A stretch of DNA of 64,000 bases from Eledone cirrhosa. Its lineage: Eukaryota. Shown here piece after piece: positions 53,593 to 64,000 of this stretch. The number at the start of each line of letters is the position of its first letter. Within the stretch, counting starts at the first letter, position 1. The DNA is taken from positions 48,050,001 through 48,114,000 of the forward strand of contig OZ024741.1 in NCBI GenBank assembly GCA_964016885.1, written 5' to 3'. A model generated the notes under the pieces. That model saw only the letters and a list, made by a program, of their open reading frames with translations. It searched no databases and was not told the DNA's origin. The translations under genes and the position numbers were made by a program.

Positions 53593-56026
53593 TTATATAT
53601 TGGGTTTCAAGTTTTGGAAGGAGTGTCGGAAGCGGTGCTGGCAAGACGCAAACAATTCTGATTTTTTATTAAGGAGGTTATGGTTTGAAAAGATAATAGT
53701 ATGGGTCTCTAGTAGACAGAGGTTACAAAATTTATTAGGTGGTTTGTACGATGTCGCCTTACCTATCACTTCCCATTTAAGTGTATAAGATTTATTTTTA
53801 GTTTTTAGATAGTGTATGTAGCTAGATAGTGAAGTGGAGTTGGCTAAACCGTGTTTCTTGAAAGAGTGGAGATGCGAATTGTATCTGGTTTTGAAGCAGT
53901 TTGAAGTAGAGCCTATATAGGTTTCAGAAGAGTTGCTAGTTGTGACGGTGCATGAGTGTATGATATCCTTGATTAAGCATTTTTTATCTAAAGGGCGGGT
54001 TCTATTTGATCTACAGTTACAATTATTCTGGGTGTTAGTCTGCCAGTTAATATGTTGTGTAGAAGTCTGGATGGTAGCGGTAGGATTATGGTTATGGGGG
54101 TTGTCATTCCCAGCGCTATTGCTTACACTAGTGCTATTACTATTATTATTAGGGTTAGTTGATATAATGTTATTTTGAAGGTTTACCGCCTGTTGGGATT
54201 TAGTTTATTGGAAGTAAGAATTAATTTTTCTTTTATTGCTACTAGCTATGTGGTATGCTATGTTAGGCGTAGTAGAGTAGGAGATTTTAATAGTGTTTTT
54301 GTTTAAAAGGCTATGGTACTTGTGGCCAGATGGGAAGTTTTTATCTAGTAGTGAGAAGAAAGCCCTAGGTAGGTTGGTAGAGACGTTTAGATTGAAAGTA
54401 GGGTTGAAAAGTGTATTTCTTGTATTTTTGTTTTTTATGTCTGGTGAGTTTCCTTTTATGGTACTATGGTAATTTCTGTGGTGTGGGTTACTTTTGTTGG
54501 TACCCTCCGTATTAGTGTGTGTGTGGTTGCTATTCTTATTACTAAATTTCCTCATGGACATGTTGTGCGAAATAATGTTGTAGCTATGTGTTTTTGTAGG
54601 TAGGAACTTGATCTCTATATTATGGCCTGATCTAGCTAATGCCTGATTATAATATTGCGAGTTTTTGCTAAATATGTTTACATCATAGGATAGATTAGAG
54701 ATTCTATTGGATACTCCCTTAGAGATAGTTTAATATTGATCTAGGGTGGTTAGACTTGGTATCTACGTAAATGAGTTTTTCGTTAGGTTTATGGAAAGGT
54801 GTATATATCATTGAGTCTAGGTAGAGGGTGGTGTCTAGGAAGTTAACGTTTTTAGTGTTTTTGTCCATGGTGATACTAAGGTTATAGTTTTTGAATGTCT
54901 TGTGCAATAGTTTTCTAGTTCTTTCTATATTGAATTTTTTAGAGTCTATAAGTAGAAGTGCATCATCGCAGTACAAACCACCATTGAGGTATGGGAGGTT
55001 TTTATGGATTTCGTTAAGTAAATATAGGCCGACCAAATCAGTGACCTGCGCCGAGTCACTAGATCCCATGGTTATGTCGAAGTTGTTTTGCGTATCTTTG
55101 CGGGTCCATAATTGGTCTTCAAAGGTGATTACGGTTTTACGGGCCGCAAGTATGACATCAATCTGGGGTCTAGTCAGGTCACTATTGTCCATGGCCATGA
55201 TTAGTGCCTTATTTAATAGGATAGGGGAAATACAGGTGTAGTATGAATTGATATCAAATTGAATAAATTTTTTATTCTTGTTATCCTTGATATCTTTGAA
55301 CCATTCAATAGCTTCACCCGTATTTCCCCATTGTTTAAGGTATATTTTGTGTTTAATCTGTGGGATGATTTTATCTAAAATTTTCTTACTGATAATGCCA
55401 ATGTCAGACTTGGAAGGGCAGATGAGTCTAATCGAGAGGTTGCTAATGAAGTCCTCCTTGTGGTCCTTCAGAGAGAATCTAGGGGGGTTTGGGGTATATG
55501 GTTGTGTATGTCTCTGGAGTCCTAGTTTGGACACTATATTATAGCTTTCCATATTAATATCTTCTAAGTTTTTCATAGTAATTTTCTTGTAGCTTTTATG
55601 TAGTTCATTATATATAAACTTTCTATAAGTATTATAATCTAGGCTGTATATGTTATTAGTTTTGTCCGCATGTACAATCATTTTATTACTAGTTTTGAAT
55701 TCATTAATAGAGGTGTTAAGTTTGTTTAAGAAGGTGTTGTTTTTATTACGGTGCTTTTTGTATTTAATGTTCTTAACTAGTTTTATTAGGTCATTTTCAA
55801 AGGAGTTTAGTAGTGTGTTATGAGGGGGGCTTCTAAAGGTTTTAAAGCCGAAGGAGTCAAATTTGTTAGTATTATTAACCTTGTTAGATTTGTTTTTATC
55901 ATAATGGAATGTCCTCCATCTCACTCTATTGATAAAGGAATTTACACTGTCGATCAATAATTTCTCATATGTATTCTTGGGTCGTAATGTTGTCCCAGTT
56001 TCCGCCCACATACATATATTGCACAC
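53593..56026 (-). pseudogene. Naiad-type PLE RT + GIY-YIG endonuclease
   Basis: ADKT, LKDHK, RLICPSKS, QFDINSYY, MGSSDSAQ, LYCDD, VNFLD, FNP.FN; hand translation of 54030-53593 gives CNCR..KCL..TYIGSTSNCFKTRYNSH..NSTSLS..W..CNLCLLE..LLNKKSE..CQH*. Confidence 0.85.
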
Positions 56027-56254
56027 ATAAAGATTAAGTCGTTTTCAAATATGAAAACAGATAAATGTAGGTGAAGAAGTTTTAACTGCTCAAAAATACG
56101 AGATTTATTACAGTAAACTGCACATAAAGCTACATACAATTTTTAAAAAAAGCATGAATTCCTTAGTACGCATGTTTATGTATACACATAGAGCAAATAT
56201 TACATTGAAATATTACATTTTATTGTTATATTGTTATATATATATATATATATA

Positions 56255-56400
56255 TATTTATTAAAATAACAGATTAAAGTTTAAGCCAAGAATCGCTGCT
56301 TTCACCCTTAACAGGATCTTCTGGTTAGTTTCAGAAGATCCCATTAAGGGTGAAAGCAGCGATTCTTTGCTTAAACTTTAATCTGTTATTTTAATAAATA
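56255..56400. repeat. Foldback palindrome with divergent family-J HHR-like motifs (CAGAAGA core)
   Basis: AGTTT-CAGAAGA(56332)-T-CCC/GGG-T-GAAAGCA..TGCTT-AAACT and its mirror copy. Confidence 0.75.
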
Positions 56401-56477
56401 TTTGCTCTACGGTTCTTTGATATATATTTATCCTTATCGAGCGCTCTTTGGATTTTAGTCTTCAAATTTATTATTAT

Positions 56478-56539
<62 letters not shown>

Positions 56540-56611
56540 TATCCGGGAGCTTCCAACAGTAATGGTTGCATTCTTTAAGGGTATGTCAATATTTATTTAT
56601 AAAACTGCTCT

Positions 56612-56687
56612 ATATTATATTTTATCTGATGAAAGCAGACCATAATTTAACTTGGTGTCCTTGAAATATGTATAATGAATTAAATAT
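56612..56687 (+). ncRNA. Diverged hammerhead family B
   Basis: CTGATGA at 56626, GAAA at 56663; flanks homologous to 18670-18815. Confidence 0.55.
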
Positions 56688-56828
56688 GGTTTTATAAATA
56701 TAGTTTCCATTTGTTAATATCGTATATATATGTATATATATATAACAGTACCTTACTTACTGTGGTTACCCCCGGTTGAACCCAGGAAAAACCTCATATA
56801 TATATATATATATATGAATGATATATAT

Positions 56829-56951
56829 TTTAATATAGAAATGGCTTCTACAGGACTAGAACTGTTTCATTCGAAGGAAATCATTAGGAAAGCTGATGAT
56901 TTCCTTTGAATGAAACAGTTCTAGTCCCGTCGAAGCCATTTCTATATTAAA
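56829..56951. repeat. Foldback palindrome with divergent family-K HHR cores
   Basis: CTGATGA(56893)-T-TTC/GAA-T-GAAAC..GTC; mirror has CTAATGA; 5-nt spacer; stem I 5' arm lost. Confidence 0.75.
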
Positions 56952-57066
56952 AATGTATACTCTGCTATGTATTGACCACCTTACTTACTGTGGTTACCCC
57001 CGATTAAACTCAGGATACACCTCTCTCTCTGTCTCTGTCTCTCTCTCTCTCTCTCTCCATATATAT

Positions 57067-57203
57067 ATATTTATTAAAATAACAGATTAAAGTTTAAGCA
57101 AAGAATCGCTGCTTTCACCCTTAACGGGATCTTCTGAAGATCTCGTTAAGGGTGAAAGCAGCGATTCTTTGCTTAAACTTTAATCTGTTATTTTAATAAA
57201 TAT
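57067..57203. repeat. Foldback palindrome of family J with axis inside the HHR core
   Basis: GATCTTC-T-GAAGATC, axis at T57135. Confidence 0.85.
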
Positions 57204-57286
57204 TTGTTCTACAGTTCTTATATATTTGATATATATTTATCGTTATCGAGCCCTCTTTGGATGTTAGTCTTCAAATTTATTATTAT

Positions 57287-57328
<42 letters not shown>

Positions 57329-57847
57329 CTCCACCTTTATTGAGTTAAGATGGGTATTTCATTCCTTTTCTCATTGGTGTTAGAGCAGAGAATAAAATAG
57401 AATAGGTATATTGAAAATTGATTGCAGGAAGCCTGCCTTTTATTTTCTAGTTTTTGCAGAATAAATCCTATCATTAGCGTCAAAACATATCTGTTACTTG
57501 TCAGATCAGGTTACCTCATCAGATTGGTTCTATCAATATCATCTTTCATATTAGCACCTATAAATTCTATACTGTATAATCTAATAGTTTTATCTCCTAT
57601 CATAGCATGGCATGTCACAGACAATGTATCCAGTAACACATTTATAGGTGTTAATTTGACTGATGAAATTGGCAGAACCTCTTTGGTGTATTCAGAAGTG
57701 CAATTATCTCTGCAAGTGATAGATATAGAGTTGAATTCGCCATGTTAGGATCCAGTTACTTTTTTCTGTCTTAGATTATATTTGAAAGTAACATTTTATT
57801 AAAAATATATGCCGCTCTCTTTTTAAGAAATAAAAAATATATATATA

Positions 57848-58112
57848 TATAAAATTAGATAGTGAGAAATGAATAAAGAAATCACAATGCTATCTTATAA
57901 TTACAGGTTAAGGTGAGAATAGAAAAAACTTATAGAAATTGCAAAACAGATACAAACTTAAAGGGGTTTTTAACTCATCTGCTATAAGTAGTTAGTAAAA
58001 CGTATTCTGCCAATTCTATCTTAAAATAACAGGGGTGGGGGAACTAATGCTACAAGGCCCAATGGGCTGCATTGTGATTTCTTTATTCATTTCTCACTAT
58101 TTAATTTTATAT
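57848..58112. repeat. About 45-bp inverted repeat
   Basis: ATAGTGAGAAATGAATAAAGAAATCACAATGC vs GCATTGTGATTTCTTTATTCATTTCTCACTAT. Confidence 0.75.
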
Positions 58113-58403
58113 ATTTTAATTTTTTTAATTTTTTTTATTTCTTTCTAGTATCTTTTATTGTCTCCTACTCTCTTTCGATTTACCTATTCTATAACCTCCC
58201 TCCCCCACTTCATACACTATTCTTAGAATCTGATGTATACATATCACTTTCAAGCTTGACCGCTCCACTCACTCCCCTATTGTTCTACAGGCAAGTTCAG
58301 CCACCCCTACTTCCCACCAAATGCTATGATAGACTTATTTGTGCTTACAACAAATTTTAACCAATCCTCTTGACAACTACAATCTTCCCATATAAGGAAG
58401 TAC

Positions 58404-58497
58404 CCCCTTGAAAAGTTCGGCTATTTATTCACCAGGCTAAAAATTCTAATTTAGTCCAGAAATAGGCGTCGAAACGGCTGGAGCTCTGCCGTTGGGG
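58404..58497 (+). ncRNA. Hammerhead family L with U3-A8 core and long stem III
   Basis: CCCC-TTGAAAA-G..CTATTT/AAATAG..C-GAAACGGC..GCCGTT-GGGG. Confidence 0.65.
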
Positions 58498-58621
58498 TCA
58501 TACTTTTTCCTATATATATATATATAATGAGTAAGACAAGGTCACCTGACCTAACATCGCCCACAACAGGACAGCCTGCCTAACCCATGCTAGTGTGGAA
58601 GAATGGACGTAAAACGGTGAC

Positions 58622-58664
<43 letters not shown>

Positions 58665-58920
58665 GGTTTGTAGGAGTACCAGTATGTATATAAATATATA
58701 TATATATTTCGTTTCTGAATTTGTTTAGCAAGATTCTTTATCTGAAATTGTGTGTTGAAACCGATATTGTTATACTTTGGGAGGGTCATGTTGCCAATAA
58801 GAAACACACGCACCAGTTGCTTTCACTTTAATTTATTATAATACATTTATAATAAATTTATAAATTTATAAATTTCTGGTTGGTTGGTTGGTTCCACAAC
58901 CAGATAGTTGTTTATATATT

Positions 58921-58963
58921 GTCATAGTTCTTTCGTCACACACTCTGTGGCCTCTTCAGTGAC
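58921..58963 (-). ncRNA. pLTR hammerhead ribozyme family F
   Basis: Reverse strand: GTCA-CTGAAGA-G-GCCAC..GTGAC-GAAAG-AA-CTA-TGAC. Confidence 0.7.
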
Positions 58964-59164
58964 TGGGGATTCCTTTCTTTGTTTTTGTGCCTCTCCTTTG
59001 TTCTGTCCTACGCCATTTTGTTTCTGTGTGTGTGTTGTGTGCTCAGTCTGCGCATGCGCCACATCCGGGTGTCTGTGTGTGTTTATGTTCATTTATTTAT
59101 TTGTTTATTTACATGTTACTGGTTGGTTGTTTGTTCTATGTGTGTGTGTGTTTTCATTTTGTCC

Positions 59165-61960
59165 TTAATTGTAAGTTGTGATGTTGCTGTTCCACTCATA
59201 TTTTCTATTTAATTTTGGTTGTAATTCTTTTATGTTTATTGCCTCTGTGATTTGTCTAAACATTGCGTCTTTTCTGTGTGTAGATTCTATTTTTATTTCT
59301 ATGTTCTCTAATTTACCCTTGTGTTCTATTTTAGCATGTTGGTAGAGTACAGATGATTCTTTACTATCTTGAAGGTCTCGCCAGTGTTCATTTATCCGTT
59401 CCCCTACACTATGAGCTGTCTCACCTATGTACACTATATTTTTGTCTCTACATTGTCCTTCAGTACATCTTATGCTATACACTACATTTCTAGTTTTACA
59501 GTTAATATGGGGGCTTATTTTACAGGTTATACATTTCTTATCTATACATGAGGGTCTTTGAAAAGGGTATATCTTGCTAATAAGTGTTTTTACGGAGGTA
59601 CCTGGTCTTTCTACTATCTTAATATTGAGTTTGTTTATCTAGGGCCCTTCTAAATTTGTAAGCTAATTCACCTCTAGGGGTTGTATCGATGAACATTACA
59701 CTCTGGTATTTATTGCTATCATACCATGAGTTTATTCTATTAGCCTTGTTCCTAGTTCTTTCTATTCTATTCCAAAATTTGCTCTTATACAAGGGGCAGG
59801 TCCTATTTATGTCATTATTTCCCATTTTTTCCCATTTGGTTCTGTCTCCTCTAAACACTCTGATTTTATCTCTCTGATTGTAGCCAGAGAACTGCATACG
59901 GTGGATGAAGTGTTGTATGTGTCTCTCTAGTTCTTTGGGGTTGCACATGCGGGACATGTTTCTCATCACCCGTACCAAATCCGCAATCAGTATGTTGATT
60001 TTGGTATGGTCCGAAACGGCCGAGTTTCGGTGGATCAGATGTTTGGAAGTCATGGGTTTGGCATAATGGGAATGGAGGATTTTTTTGTTATTAATGGTAT
60101 CTAACCAGAGCTCTGTGTCTAGTACAGGTAATCGATGGTTGGGGTGTTTACTTGGGTAGTCTATAGTAACTCTAATACTCTGGTGGATGGAGTTAGCTAT
60201 TTGCTGGATACTTTCCATTGTGTTTTTCTCTAGTTGCTGACTGTTCTCTAGTGGGGGTGTCTTAACTACGATGTTTATATCATCAACGTAGCGGGAGTAC
60301 ATTATCAGGGTTAAGGGGTCTTCTAATTGTTCTTTAAGTTTAAGTTTAAGTCTCCTGTCCCACCATACCATGAATAAGTTAGCTATGTCGCCTGCAATGC
60401 TAACACCAATGGCTGCTCCTTCCCCTTGGGCATATGTTTTTCCATTAAATTTGAACATATGTTCCTTAAGGGTTAGATTTATGCTGGCCCCTACCGCATG
60501 TGCAATCCTTTTCTTCAGTTCATCGTGGTTTTCGGGTGTCCGTATGGCTCTGGTCCACCCGTTCCATCTATCTGTGTGGGTTTTCTTGGCCATTGAGGTA
60601 ATGGTAGGTGGTCTGCCTCTTGCTGGTCTTGTATGGCACAGGTTGCTAAGGTCATATGTGTCTAGGTAATTATTACTATAGGTAAGTTTAAGTAGGAGTC
60701 CCAGCTCACTGGTATCAATCCCACAGAACTCAACATTGCTCTCACTGATCATTTCTACGCATTTCTCCACAGCAAAATCCACGTCAATAGATGGATACAG
60801 GGACACAACATCCATACTACCTATTATGCAGTTTCTTAGGTCCCTAGATCGGTTACTCTCGCCGATTCTGCTGTCACACACATCTAGGGACATCTCAATG
60901 ATGGGGCGTATGATCAGGGAGAGGAAGTAGGACAGTCTGTAGTTACTAGCAATGTTAGCTCCACAGACTGGCCGTGTTGGTGGTCCCGTGACAGGGTCAC
61001 TGCCCGTTTTATGGTCTTTTCGAAGCCCATACAACGCCGGCACGTCATTGTTCCAGGCCTGGAAGTTGTTGGCAGTCATTTTGTTGGGCTGCATTATATT
61101 TGTCCACATCACCATATGGGCATTGAGGGCTTTTTCTCTATCCTCATGCTCCTGTGGTGTTACCTCTCTTGTGTTAGTGATGTGGGGTTGCATTGCCTGG
61201 ATGTAGTTTGGCAGGCTGTCAACCGACATTCTGCCAGACTTGTCTGTTGGAAAGCATGCTATCTCTCCATTACGCGAGCGCTGCATGAGCTTACGCGAGC
61301 CATTTGCAGATTTTTCTCCCAGTTGCTGGACCTCCATTCTATTATGCTTCTTGCTATACAGTTCTATAATATTTCTAAGTTCGGACCTAGCTATACTAAA
61401 TTGTGCTTCTGTTTGTTCATCGACCTGCGACAGCAATTGCGTGCGTTTGTTAAATGGTAAAGTCGTGGCGTGGACTCGTCGCAGGTCGAACGATTTATCG
61501 GAGGAATTATAAAAAGTAGAGTTCCAGGCTGCTGCTTTATGTGTACTAGTGCTATTGTTATTGTTAGTTGTGTTATTTCTATTTCCACCAACAGCCTCAT
61601 GGTTGTTTCTATGTCTCTCATAATTACTCCTGTCTCTTTCCACTGGCTCATTGTTGTTATCTACCCTATTTTGTGTGTCTGTGTGTGCGTCTTGGTTATT
61701 TTCTTTGTCCTTAGTCTCCCTTCTTCTTTTAATCCTATTACTTTCCCTTATTTCTGTGATTTCTGTGCTACTGTCATTACTTGTTTTCTGTGTCTGTGTG
61801 TTTGTTAAGATTGTGGTGGTGGTGGTGAGAGGCATTGAATGTGTGTGTGTTGTTGTTGTTGATGTGTGCTGTTGTTGTGTGTTGTTGTCTCCGTGTGTGT
61901 TATTGTTGTGTGTGTTGTTATTGTTGTTTGTGTCTGCGTGTCTGTTGTTGTTTCTGGGTA

Positions 61961-61995
<35 letters not shown>

Positions 61996-62427
61996 GTGTC
62001 TGTTGTTGTTGGGATGTGTGTTGTATATGTGTGTGCGTATATTGTTACTTTTGTTTTTGTTTTTGTTTTTGAGGCTCCAGCGTAGTTTTGTAAATGATTT
62101 TTCTATTTCTGACAGACAACTAATCATATTTACCTTCTTGAATGTCGCAAATTTCGGTGGTAGACGTAATACAGATAACTCATCGTCATCTATTACCGTG
62201 TTGCCGTATATATTTGTATTGTTGTTGTTGTTGAACTCATCTGTTAATGAGGTGTCGGCCATATTTATACCGTCAATTTTGTCGGGATATCTATTGGTAT
62301 TCTCTACAGTATCCTGATTTAGCTTTATCTGCTTAAGCCTCTTTAGTTTCTTGTTAAAGTGCTTATCACATTCTTGAGTAATGTACTGTTCTTCAGGATG
62401 TATAAGGCTTATAAATATGCGCCACAT
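59165..62427 (-). pseudogene. PLE RT + GIY-YIG (frameshifted)
   Basis: GSMDVVSLYPSI, GAAIGVSIAGDIANLFM, RYVDD, YIGETAHS, LNRKYEW. Confidence 0.9.
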
Positions 62428-64000
62428 CCGGGTGTCTGTGTGTGTTTATGTTGTTTACTATTCTAGTGTTTAAACTTCTAAATAAAACCTCTCTCTACTC
62501 ATTGTTGTGCTACTAATTGCTGATCATTATCCTTTTTTTCTCTATATGGATCCACATCATTTATCCCTACTGTTGTTCATCCCTTGCTTGTTGCTTTTGG
62601 CATCTCTCTTGCTGTTATCTATTCAGCCCTCTACCAACAACCAGCATATAGCCCTATTGGTCTGTCTTTGCCACCACATTCATTTAACAACAGAAACTTC
62701 TAACTCTTTTACAGCATCCCTTCTTCCTATTTTCCTTTTCTTTTTCATTTTTTTATACATAATCTGCCTCTCAATATCTATATTACTAAAGAAATATTTT
62801 TCCCTTTAAAAATTTTTTTATTACTTGTCTCACTATCTCTTTTTGATTACTGTAATGAGTACTCGATACTTCCCCTAGTCTGTCATGGCTACTAGCTCTC
62901 TACGGGCGTTTAAATTGATTAAATAAATTAATAACCATACAACCATGTCCACCTTAGCCATCACATCCCTCTCATTCTCACTCTTGATCAGGGCTACTTT
63001 TGAACAAGGCCAATCATTCTAATGTCCCTCTTAGGTAGCACTGTCTATTATATATCCTGCCTTGGAACAAGGTGATGTCTCTAGTGATAATGCCACTATA
63101 AAAGTACTTAGCCTGCTACATAAAGTGGTTGGCTTTCAGTAGAGTGGTTTCTTTAGGTACATCATGGACATTACAATCTCTTTAATGATGATGCCTTGAT
63201 AAAATGAATCCTGTACACACTGTAAAAGGGTTTGCATTAGGAAAGGTATTGAGCTGGAAAAAAAGGGGCATATTCTTCCTTCATGGTCTTCATTTGGTTT
63301 TGATGATCATGGGAAGTTTGGATATCACTAACCTGTGACTGGTCCAGCATTCTGCCTCACACATAACCCTAACCCTAGAGACCAGAACATATTTTCTGTC
63401 AGTCTATACCATCATGAGGCAGACAATGATATGCCAGTACTTGGATCAAGAATGGTTGGTGATAGGAAAGGCAGTAAAAAGCTTGTTAAAGAAAGGGTTG
63501 GGAGGACCCTCAGTTGTGTCAAAGACATGACAACCTCGCCTGTGCATGACCATACATAAGTGAGATGACAGATACCTGGCTTGTCTCGGAGATCAGAAAT
63601 CACCACTTCAGTACTGACTTGGTCTATGTAGATCCTTGCTAGCAGGGAAAGTGGATGTTAAAACGATGATGATGATTTACTCTATCCACATTCCTTTTAT
63701 CTCAATTCTAGATCATGTATGCCTCCCAATCAGGTAGTTCCTTTAATGTCCCACATAGCCATCACTCATCATATATTCTCATCCTTTATCATGCTCGCCT
63801 GGAACTAAGTGTGGACTCTAGTGTCAGTGTCACTATAAAAGGCACTCAATACATTCCTTAAGTGATTGGCATGTGAAGGTAACAACAGAAAGACATACAG
63901 ATAAATAGATAGATAGACATAGAAAGATAGAGAGACTGACATACATAGATGTGTATATATATATATATATATATAGGCAGTTAAACGGATAGAAAGATGG

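Larger units (their letters stand above)
52050..56230 (-). mobile_element. Naiad-like Penelope element (decayed) between (TA)n tracts
   Basis: RT, thumb and C-terminal GIY-YIG fragments; HHR at the distal end; boundaries inferred. Confidence 0.7.
58720..62455 (-). mobile_element. Penelope-like element related to 12731-18306
   Basis: ORFs 61918..62427, 59619..61835, 59165..59482; 3' pLTR with HHR and MTLPKYNNI ORF start; 3'-UTR piece repeated at 62418-62452. Confidence 0.88.

Noticed and set aside
53593-54030. Selenocysteine recoding, known in some Naiads
   Set aside because: Conserved Cys positions in my hand translation are TGT/TGC (one CGC); no in-frame TGA seen in the endonuclease region
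57320-57750. Nearly open reading frame on - strand and CTGATGA motifs
   Set aside because: Internal stop, no recognisable domain, and no GAAA or stems to complete a hammerhead

Overview
AT-rich, repeat-dominated eukaryotic DNA with no recognisable host gene. Its style (huge (TA)n/(CA)n tracts, (GAT)n-tailed RTE LINEs, tRNA-like SINEs) suggests a cephalopod such as Octopus; this is an inference. Most long ORFs in the track (YIYI.., CVCV.., PPSGT..) are simple-repeat artefacts. The real coding remnants are all retroelements: six RT-bearing RTE-type LINE pieces in two subfamilies, whose RT carries an inserted PHD-type zinc finger; a CR1/L2-type 3' fragment; and four Penelope-like elements (PLEs; RT + GIY-YIG), one near full length with pseudo-LTRs and one Naiad-like. 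The main signal not shown by the ORF track is RNA structure. Reading both strands by eye gives more than 20 type I hammerhead ribozyme (HHR) motifs in about ten sequence families, mostly in short non-coding islands between (TA)n tracts. They occur at PLE 3' ends, as a 310-bp tandem retrozyme-like dimer, and as foldback palindromes whose axis often lies at the HHR core. Several families have recurrent non-canonical cores (U3-A8, U4C, U4A). All folds are hand-derived and untested.
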